Of a DNA stretch of 64,000 nt, positions 38,420-45,332 are shown piece by piece. Every line of letters begins with the position of its first letter. Position 1 is the stretch's first letter. The translations under genes and the position numbers were made by a program. Source of the DNA: an uncultured Muribaculaceae bacterium (GTDB taxonomy: Bacteria; Bacillota_I; Bacilli_A; RF39; UBA660); contig CAYOWI010000003.1 in the NCBI GenBank assembly GCA_964407685.1, positions 1,681 through 65,680 on the forward strand. The letters run 5' to 3'. The notes beneath the pieces were generated by a model. That model was not told the DNA's origin, made no database searches, and saw only the letters and a list, made by a program, of their open reading frames with translations.

Positions 38420-38575
38420 TACAAAATTTCCTTTCTTTTATTTTTATATTGTAATTAATGAGGGTTTTAGTTTACCCACAACTCCCGTGCTAATAGGGAT
38501 TGACTACCTAGCTTTTTTTAAGTGCTAACATATCGGTGATTTTTAACACTGCCAAATTGTCAAAGATCAACCTGT

Positions 38576-38615
38576 AAAAAAAACAGGTAAAAGGAAATAA
38601 TATCCTCTCACCTGT
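38576..38615 (-). terminator. Rho-independent terminator after sigma-like gene 1
   Basis: ACAGGU(38615-38610)...ACCUGU(38588-38583) followed by U7 on the minus strand. Confidence 0.55.
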
Positions 38616-38645
38616 TTCCTCACTAATAAGCACTTTTACGAAGTC

Positions 38646-39116
38646 TTATTTTAAAGTTTCTTTTAATTTTTTTAATGCAATATTTAAAGTGTATTGAATT
38701 GATCTAATATCTACATTTTCTTCATCTGCTATTTGTTTCTGTGTCATATCTTCAAAATAATACTTTTTAATTCTCCTTTTTTGTATTTCTGGAAGTAAAT
38801 CTATCGCTTTCTTTAAATCTTCAAAAGTAGATTTCTGAATGACATAATCTTCTAATCCAATAGACTTATTCAATGCTCTTGCTTCAAGATTATTTTCAGT
38901 TAGTTCAGAATGTTCAATATGACGATCAAATTCATTCATTTCACATATATCATCAAGTTCAAATCCATCCATAACATTAAAAACCACTTCACTTACGTCC
39001 ACCATTCTTAAAATTCCCATACCGTCTTTAAATAAAACTCTAAAGCTATCCTTATCGTCTATATACTCCAATGTATAAGGATTATCATTCTTTTTACGCC
39101 TTTTTGGTCTTTTCAT
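38646..39116 (-). CDS. ICE sigma-70 region-4-like HTH regulator, copy 1 (156 aa)
   Basis: C-terminal region-4 pattern LPEIQKRRIKKYYFEDMTQKQIADEENVDIRSIQYTL..ALKKL. N-terminal RRKKNDNPY and HIEHSELTENNL motifs are typical of the sigma-like proteins of Tn1549/CTn-type ICEs. Confidence 0.7.
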   Translation of the reverse strand: MKRPKRRKKNDNPYTLEYIDDKDSFRVLFKDGMGILRMVDVSEVVFNVMDGFELDDICEMNEFDRHIEHSELTENNLEARALNKSIGLEDYVIQKSTFEDLKKAIDLLPEIQKRRIKKYYFEDMTQKQIADEENVDIRSIQYTLNIALKKLKETLK

Positions 39117-39123
39117 TTGCTAT

Positions 39124-39154
39124 CCTTTCTATTGATTTATTTCAATAGAAAAGG
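39124..39154 (-). promoter_or_regulatory. SD-sequestering hairpin upstream of sigma-like gene 1
   Basis: Minus-strand RNA CCUUUUCUAUUGA-aauaaa-UCAAUAGAAAGG (12 bp plus 1 bulge). The 3' arm contains the SD GAAAGG, 7 nt before ATG 39116. Confidence 0.5.
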
Positions 39155-39181
39155 TGGCCCTCTAGAAAAATAAAAAGGTAC

Positions 39182-39225
39182 AAAAAAAATCCCAGATGGG
39201 ATATTACTAATATCACACCCAGGAT
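39182..39225 (-). terminator. Intrinsic terminator inside the leader of sigma-like gene 1
   Basis: A 16-bp stem (AUCCUGGGUGUGAUAUU-agu-AAUAUCCCAUCUGGGAU, with 3 G-U pairs and 1 mismatch) followed by U8. It lies 27 nt upstream of the SD hairpin. Confidence 0.55.
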
Positions 39226-39407
39226 TTAAAGTTAAAAATACAAATAAAAACCAAAACCCACTAATCATAGCAGCACACCCCATCAATGCCACAACAATTT
39301 ACTGCAATAGTAAAAGTGTTTAGATGTACTGCTAAATATCTAATCCTTATACCTAAAAAATATTATAATTTCCTATTATAAAAGCATTGTCTCCTTTTTT
39401 GCTTGCT

Positions 39408-39436
39408 ATTATATATTTTTATGGTATAAATGTAAA
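39408..39436 (-). promoter_or_regulatory. SigmaA-type promoter for the sigma-like gene 1 leader
   Basis: Minus strand TTTACA(39436-39431)-17 nt-TATAAT(39413-39408). Confidence 0.5.
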
Positions 39437-39513
39437 TGAGAATTTTCTAATATAAAAAAACAACACAAATATAATATTTAAATTATATTTCTTTTTCAAG
39501 TTTAAAATAATAT

Positions 39514-39542
39514 AAAAAAATCTGGTTAAAAATTTAACCAGA
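39514..39542 (-). terminator. Rho-independent terminator of the 39574..39906 gene
   Basis: UCUGGUUAAA/UUUAACCAGA stem followed by U7 on the minus strand. Confidence 0.6.
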
Positions 39543-39573
39543 TTAATCCTATATTGCATATAATTAATTTTAT

Positions 39574-39906
39574 TTAACAATCATTATTTTTTTCAATATT
39601 CTCTCTAACCTTTTCTAGTACTTGATAGTAATCAATTTCTTCTATAATATTACTGGTATATAGCAAGAATTGAGAAATAATATCAATTGCTTCATTTATA
39701 TATAATCTTACATCTATTTCTATATCATTATTAATATTCCTTGGTACACTATACCTTAATAATTTTTCCTTAGTTAACTTTGCTAAATCTCTTTCATTTT
39801 CATCAATTTGCTTTTCAATATTTTTTGTTAATACACCTATTAAATTATTATATTCTTTTTTATTTAACATTAATTTTATTGGTGGTATTCTCTTTGAATA
39901 TGCCAT
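39574..39906 (-). CDS. Hypothetical protein (110 aa)
   Basis: ORF between the two sigma-like genes, with its own terminator. Confidence 0.45.
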   Translation of the reverse strand: MAYSKRIPPIKLMLNKKEYNNLIGVLTKNIEKQIDENERDLAKLTKEKLLRYSVPRNINNDIEIDVRLYINEAIDIISQFLLYTSNIIEEIDYYQVLEKVRENIEKNNDC

Positions 39907-40010
39907 TTTTTATTCTCCTTTTCCGATCAATTTGTTGTGTAACTTTTAGCCATATTTTTTTAAATATAATTATATTTTTGCATTATAGGATAAAAGAGAA
40001 AAAATCCCTT

Positions 40011-40529
40011 TCACTTATTTCCCCACTCATAAAAGAAATTGCAGACACTTTTTTTATTTTTTAATATTTTTTTTAAATTTTTCTTAGCCCTCTCTAAAAT
40101 AATATGTACTGATTGATGAGTACTATTTTCTTCTTTAGCAATTTCAATTTCGTTTTTACCTTCAAAATAATATTTTTTTATTCTTCTCTTTTGAATAATA
40201 GGTAGTTTTTCAATAGCCATATATAGTTCGGAAAAAGCTATTTCTTTAATAACTTGTTCTTCTACACTTTCAACTTTATAATTTGTTCTTTTATATAATC
40301 TCTCATCGTCTAATTCAGAATGCTCTATATGTCTTTCATATTCATGCATTTGTGATATATCAATTAATTCAAAACTATTAAATGCATTATAAACTTCTTC
40401 ACTTATCTCAACTGTTTTATTTTCTTTAATACCATTATTAAAAGAAATAATATATATTTTCTCATTTTTATTATATTGTAATATATAAGGATTATCTCTA
40501 TCCTTTCTTCTTTTTGGATGATTATCCAT
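40011..40529 (-). CDS. ICE sigma-70 region-4-like HTH regulator, copy 2 (172 aa)
   Basis: Paralog of 38646..39116. Shared motifs RRKDRDNPY, ERHIEHSELDDERL, LPIIQKRRIKKYYFEGKNEIEIAKEENSTHQSVHIIL.RAKKNL. Confidence 0.7.
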   Translation of the reverse strand: MDNHPKRRKDRDNPYILQYNKNEKIYIISFNNGIKENKTVEISEEVYNAFNSFELIDISQMHEYERHIEHSELDDERLYKRTNYKVESVEEQVIKEIAFSELYMAIEKLPIIQKRRIKKYYFEGKNEIEIAKEENSTHQSVHIILERAKKNLKKILKNKKSVCNFFYEWGNK

Positions 40530-40534
40530 TTTTT

Positions 40535-40571
40535 CCTCCTATCAATAATTTTTTTAATTATTGATAGGAGG
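40535..40571 (-). promoter_or_regulatory. Perfect 16-bp SD-sequestering hairpin (or operator) upstream of sigma-like gene 2
   Basis: Minus-strand RNA CCUCCUAUCAAUAAUU-aaaaa-AAUUAUUGAUAGGAGG-aaaaa-AUG. The SD AGGAGG is fully paired with the anti-SD CCUCCU. Confidence 0.55.
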
Positions 40572-40597
40572 CGAACGTTCCTTCATCAAAGTGTATG

Positions 40598-40650
40598 AAA
40601 AAAGACTATATTTCATATTTTTTTTAAAACGAAATATAGTCTTTTTTAAT
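40598..40650 (-). terminator. Intrinsic terminator in the leader of sigma-like gene 2
   Basis: AAGACUAUAUUUC/GAAAUAUAGUCUU stem (40598-40647) followed by U6 on the minus strand. It lies 26 nt upstream of the SD hairpin. Confidence 0.55.
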
Positions 40651-40907
40651 TTAATATCAAATAATATTATTATTAGAAAAAAGTAGTATTTCATATTTCG
40701 CAATCCTCAAAATTGCAAATACCATAATTATTGGTAGAGAAAATACTACTTTAGATTCAGTCCAATAAGCATAACTTGTAATATATAACTGAAGAAAGAA
40801 TTTACTTCTATACTACTTATATTAATACTAATTATTACTTAATTTTTAAAACAATGCTACTTACTTTCCCCCATATATAATACATGCATAGGCATTGCTA
40901 CTCCTAC

Positions 40908-40935
40908 ATTATACTACAAAATTCTACATAATCAA
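40908..40935 (-). promoter_or_regulatory. SigmaA-type promoter immediately after the holin stop codon
   Basis: Minus strand TTGATT(40935-40930)-16 nt-TATAAT(40913-40908). Confidence 0.45.
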
Positions 40936-40941
40936 TTAAAT

Positions 40942-41346
40942 TCAGTTATTTTTATCACTCTCTTCAGAATTTAACTTTTCTAATGATTTATATAGAGCTT
41001 TTGGTATTTTTATTCCCATTTCACTACCATTTTCTAAAATAGAAAGCATTTCATTAAAAATAAATGATATTATTACTAATGTTCTTAATCCGCCATTTAT
41101 ATTAAGTAATTGATCTAATAAAACTGATAATGCAATTATACATAAATAGGCAACTTTCTTTATAATTCCTTTAGCACCAATACTACTATTTACCTTATTT
41201 TGAATAAAAGACTTACAAACACCAGTTATATAATCTAGCAACATTAACGCAAGTATTGTTTTTAATAAAAAATCAAAATCACCAAACAAAAATACGAAAA
41301 AAGTTCCAATAGCACTGCTTAATTTAATAATAATACTTTTCATCAT
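40942..41346 (-). CDS. Holin, phage_holin_4_1 (toxin-secretion/phage-lysis, TcdE-type) family
   Basis: Three TM segments. Family pattern LLDYITGVCKSF...NSSIGAKGIIKKVAYL...LLDQ...FIFNEMLSILENGSEMGIKIP. SD AGGAGA precedes ATGATG at 41346/41343. Confidence 0.85.
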   Translation of the reverse strand: MMKSIIIKLSSAIGTFFVFLFGDFDFLLKTILALMLLDYITGVCKSFIQNKVNSSIGAKGIIKKVAYLCIIALSVLLDQLLNINGGLRTLVIISFIFNEMLSILENGSEMGIKIPKALYKSLEKLNSEESDKNN

Positions 41347-41437
41347 ATCATCTCCTTTCAACAATAAATAAAATTTTAAAATTAAATATACATCTAATAT
41401 TTTATTATTACATACATTAACAAATCATATTTCAACA

Positions 41438-42031
41438 TTAAATTTCTAAAATTTGTCCTGGCTTAATTAAATTAGGATTTTCTCCAATAATAGCTTTATT
41501 TTTTTCATAAATTTTATTCCATGTAGTTTCAAATTTTTCTGCTATATCGTATAATGTATCCCCATAAACAACTTTATATCTTATATTTCCTTTTGTTTTA
41601 TTTGGTTGATAATCATAACTATGTGGGTCTTGGTAGTTATCCCCATCACTATCTTTCATTCCTAAATGTAAGTGGATTCCAGTTGCTTTTCCAGTCATAC
41701 CGGTATATCCTAATATGGTTTCTTCATCCACTTTTTCTCCAGTTTTAACACAAATACTATCTAAATGATAGTGTAAAAGTTTTTTATTAATTCTCGGATA
41801 ATTAACCCAAACAAACTTGGCACCATCACTTGCAATCCCACAGCTAATTATTACCCCATCTTCTAATGCATATTGTGGCCATTTTTCTCTATTAGTACCA
41901 TAATCACAACCATAATGATATTTACCAGTAATACCATTTCTTGTAATAATGCTTTTTCTATTTCCGAATGATGATGTTACATACCAATCGTCTCTTTTAA
42001 AGATTTTACTTGCTAATTTCAATTTAATCAC
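41438..42031 (-). CDS. M23 (LytM) metallopeptidase plus C-terminal LysM, no signal peptide
   Basis: HxxxD (HYGCDYG) and HxH (HLHLG) zinc motifs. LysM YKVVYGDTLYDIAEKF...IKPGQILEI. The N-terminus is hydrophilic. Confidence 0.85.
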   Translation of the reverse strand: MIKLKLASKIFKRDDWYVTSSFGNRKSIITRNGITGKYHYGCDYGTNREKWPQYALEDGVIISCGIASDGAKFVWVNYPRINKKLLHYHLDSICVKTGEKVDEETILGYTGMTGKATGIHLHLGMKDSDGDNYQDPHSYDYQPNKTKGNIRYKVVYGDTLYDIAEKFETTWNKIYEKNKAIIGENPNLIKPGQILEI

Positions 42032-42096
42032 CTCTTATCTCTTATTTTAATAATCAAAAAAATCAAATCATAAAACTCTTTTTCAACATTAGCAAT

Positions 42097-42138
42097 ATAA
42101 AAAAAGAGGAATGCATTATTATCAAAATGCATTCCTCT
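42097..42138 (-). terminator. Strong rho-independent terminator after the lipoprotein gene
   Basis: Perfect 13-bp stem AGAGGAATGCATT/AATGCATTCCTCT (42105-42138) followed by U7 on the minus strand. Confidence 0.7.
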
Positions 42139-42161
42139 TTTATAATTTTCTATGGTAATAA

Positions 42162-42731
42162 TTAAGTTTCTACTTCACAAATGGTAGATTCTAAAGAGCA
42201 TTTTACATATTTAATTTCACCAGAGAAATCACCTTTTTCTCCTTCGAAATATATATAACCATTTTGTATTTTATAAATTCTAGCGTTGTATAAATTTACT
42301 TTTGTAGTTAAATCCCTTCTCTGAGTATTTATTCCATCTAAAGTATACTCGTAGATTTTACCACCAGAGCACCTAGAAATATATAATTTATTACCTGAAA
42401 AATAAGTATATTTTTCAGAACTATAAGCATTTGCATTACAAGACTCGTATTCATCTATTTTAATATAATCATTTTCTTTAACTTTCATAAATATACCATC
42501 TTTTATCATTTCACTACCCTCTTGAGAAATATCAGTAACAATATAAATTTCTTTTTCTTTTGTCTTATCACTTATAGTTTCATAAACCATAGATTTAATG
42601 TCTCTATTTTTTAAATCATAATGCTTAATATTTGCATATCTATTTTTATTACATCCAAAAACACAAAAAGTTAAAATAAAAATTAAAATCGCTTTTTTCA
42701 CACATATCACCATAATCATTATATCATACAA
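42162..42731 (-). CDS. Lipoprotein (candidate immunity/accessory protein)
   Basis: Signal peptide KKAILIFILTFCVFGC with a lipobox Cys. It starts 20 nt after the 747-aa gene. Confidence 0.65.
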   Translation of the reverse strand: MYDIMIMVICVKKAILIFILTFCVFGCNKNRYANIKHYDLKNRDIKSMVYETISDKTKEKEIYIVTDISQEGSEMIKDGIFMKVKENDYIKIDEYESCNANAYSSEKYTYFSGNKLYISRCSGGKIYEYTLDGINTQRRDLTTKVNLYNARIYKIQNGYIYFEGEKGDFSGEIKYVKCSLESTICEVET

Positions 42732-42751
42732 TGCAAATTAATTTAATATAA

Positions 42752-44995
42752 TTAATACCATGCACGGTTTACTCCTGAACTAGCATATTCTAGTCCAACG
42801 CATGCATATCCAGAGAAAGTTGTAAAAGTACTACTTCCTTTACGTTTTATTCCATTAATTCGTGTAGCCCACGGTCTTGTCCCTCCTGGATTAACTAAAT
42901 TACTTCGATTTATTCTAATATAATCTCCATTTTGAAGAGTCCCAACATAATTACCATTTGGATCTATGTAAACTACTGGTTTATTAATATAAAAATCACG
43001 ATATGATGAACTATCATAATTATGAAGAATATAACTATCAGTAGAAGGTACATATTCAACGCAAGTAAATGGTTCATGCCCTACTAATATTTGAGCATCA
43101 ACAACATCGTCATTAGCTGGGTCATCTTGCATACCTGCGGGAATATATTGTTCTCTAATATATCCCGTTTTTACATCTGTTCCATCATTAAACATAACCT
43201 TATGAACATTATCATTTTGAGGTTGCTCAACCGCATATCTTACATACATATCATGTGGTCTTATATATCCAATAATATTACCAGCTGGATTATATTCAAA
43301 CACTTCTGGTTCAGAAGGTAAATTAATCTCTTTTCTTTCATATACTGGAACCGATTCTTGAGTCATATTGATTAAAATTCTACAATGTCTTTCTAATGTG
43401 TGTGAATTATCATTAGTTTTAGAATATTCTTGAGATATTCCACTATATTGCCCTGAATATCCGTTTTTATCTATTTCTATAGATTGACCATTTGAAGAAA
43501 TTGTCGTCGTTGCAAACTGATCTAATGCCCAATTATCTGGTATAGAAAATCCAAGGTTTCCACTATAACCAGTAGACATATCGCTAACAAAACTACTACA
43601 AGCATATCCAGCTTTGCATACTCTAGAACATACATTTCTAGTTCCATAAACCCCAATCCTATATTTTGCTTTACCATTGAAAACCAAAGATTTACGAACA
43701 GCTTCAAAATAAGGAAGTATATTATTTGTAATTTCAGTATCTGTTGCATCATAATCTACCGCAAAATAAATAATTGTACCAAACTGTAATTGTAAATTAT
43801 CAGCTGCTATTGCCGCTGCCGATGCATCTGTTGTTCCTTGCGTCGCATTAAAATATGAAAGATATGTCCCAGAAGTTTGGAATATAGGGAATAATCTAAT
43901 TCCATTTCCAAACAATACTTGAATTTCACTTGAGGTTATTTTTTTATCTTTCCCTCCAGAAGCATTTGTTAAATATCTTGCAATATATCTATAATTTTTA
44001 TTTAATAATACCTGAACATTACTGCTATTAATTTTAGTCATACAGTCGCAGGCAATAGCATTTCTATCTGTGTCACCACAACTTACTAATAAAGATAACC
44101 ATGTAGTATAATCAAGATTCCCTGTTTGTGGTATTCCATACTTTGATTGAAATGCTTGAATAACACTTACTGTTAGATTCGATGTTATATCTCCATTACC
44201 AAATCCATTAAAATATAAAGCAATATTAGCTATTTTTTTGAATTTATTAATTTTATCGGAACTATAATTTTGTCCACTATAATTAGTTCCAGAATATGAA
44301 CCATTTGATAAAATTGTTGGTAAACAATTTTTTGTTGATGGGCCACAATTTCCATTAGCAACAGAAGTCGGCATTCCCTCTTCCGCTTGAACCGCATATA
44401 GTACCGCTTTACTTGTATTTCTTCCATATATTCCGTCGCACGGTGATAGTCCAATATATGCTTCATAATTAGCATTCAAATATCTTTGCATGGAAATTAT
44501 GTTTTGTATTCTCTCGGATTGATCATATGAATAAAAATAATCCATAGACATTAAAGCCTTCATAACATTAAGTGTTACAGTTGAAGAAGATGCATTAATT
44601 CCAGCATCTTGTTTTAGTTTTTTTATAGCAGAACCTGTTCCTGAATAAAAATTACATGTTGGAGCTCCAGTTCCTATAGAATATCCTTTACATAATAAGC
44701 CACCTTGAATAATTCCATAAATATTTTTCTTTGTCTCATCATCGTCAGCCTGTTGCTGAACACCATTTGGATACTTATTATTAAACGCTGATATTGTACC
44801 AGCACCAAAATTATCTGCTGTTGCAGTAATACCTAATTCAATTTGTAATGCATGAAGCAATGCATAAATTGTAGGCCACCCTGTTTTTCCGTTTTCTTGT
44901 ATTTCAGTATATCCAGTTTTACCTCGATATGTTTCATTAACCCACTCTTGTACTGCGAGTACATATGGATCTCCAGTTGTAGCTTTTTCAGCCAT
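42752..44995 (-). CDS. 747-aa leaderless multidomain cell-wall protein: PG-binding repeats, a DUF1906/Rv2525c-like glycoside-hydrolase-like domain and an unknown ~200-aa C-terminal region
   Basis: Starts MAEKATTGDPYVLAVQEWVN with no signal peptide or TM. PG_binding_1-type repeat VSVIQAFQSKYGIPQTGNLDYTTWLSLL. GH-like core YRYIARYLTN..KKITSSE..GIRLFPIFQ...IIYFAVDYD...RIGVYGTRNVC...DNWALDQF. Confidence 0.75.
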   Translation of the reverse strand: MAEKATTGDPYVLAVQEWVNETYRGKTGYTEIQENGKTGWPTIYALLHALQIELGITATADNFGAGTISAFNNKYPNGVQQQADDDETKKNIYGIIQGGLLCKGYSIGTGAPTCNFYSGTGSAIKKLKQDAGINASSSTVTLNVMKALMSMDYFYSYDQSERIQNIISMQRYLNANYEAYIGLSPCDGIYGRNTSKAVLYAVQAEEGMPTSVANGNCGPSTKNCLPTILSNGSYSGTNYSGQNYSSDKINKFKKIANIALYFNGFGNGDITSNLTVSVIQAFQSKYGIPQTGNLDYTTWLSLLVSCGDTDRNAIACDCMTKINSSNVQVLLNKNYRYIARYLTNASGGKDKKITSSEIQVLFGNGIRLFPIFQTSGTYLSYFNATQGTTDASAAAIAADNLQLQFGTIIYFAVDYDATDTEITNNILPYFEAVRKSLVFNGKAKYRIGVYGTRNVCSRVCKAGYACSSFVSDMSTGYSGNLGFSIPDNWALDQFATTTISSNGQSIEIDKNGYSGQYSGISQEYSKTNDNSHTLERHCRILINMTQESVPVYERKEINLPSEPEVFEYNPAGNIIGYIRPHDMYVRYAVEQPQNDNVHKVMFNDGTDVKTGYIREQYIPAGMQDDPANDDVVDAQILVGHEPFTCVEYVPSTDSYILHNYDSSSYRDFYINKPVVYIDPNGNYVGTLQNGDYIRINRSNLVNPGGTRPWATRINGIKRKGSSTFTTFSGYACVGLEYASSGVNRAWY

Positions 44996-45073
44996 ATTTT
45001 TTCATCTCCTTTAGTATTAAAATAATCATTTAATATATAGAAAAATCAAAAATACCGTATTTAAATCCGTTCT

Positions 45074-45144
45074 AATTCACAATATTAAATTAATTGACAA
45101 TTAAATTTATGAACATGCGATTAATGTACCTTATTGTCCGGACA
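45074..45144 (-). promoter_or_regulatory. Conserved cargo-operon control module, copy A
   Basis: 28-nt box AATTCACAATATTAAATTAATTGACAAT (45074-45101; contains the 11-bp palindrome AATTGACAATT, 45092-45102), then 33 nt, then the perfect palindrome TGTCCGGACA (45135-45144). The box starts 78 nt upstream of ATG 44995. It is near-identical to copy B. Confidence 0.6.
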
Positions 45145-45332
45145 TATAAAGTTATATTAATATACTTTTATAAATAAAAAACAGTGCTAGTCAATTAAAA
45201 CGTAAGTTTAAATATTAACTAACACCGCATATTCACCATATCTATTTGTCAATATAATGATATAATATTTTTCATATATAAGTCAATCTTTTTTTATATT
45301 TTTTAATAATATTTTTTCACATAATTAAATCA

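Noticed and set aside
43522-44475. Two minus-strand ORFs (43522..43752 and 44230..44475) nested in the 747-aa gene
   Set aside because: They are out of frame within a long ORF that has recognisable domains, and there are no independent start signals.
40942-44995. Interpretation of the holin and hydrolase genes as part of a prophage
   Set aside because: There are no capsid, portal, terminase, tail or phage-regulatory genes in the 29 kb examined. The flanks are ICE regulatory and conjugation modules. A captured lysis cassette is retained as the alternative explanation in the finding.
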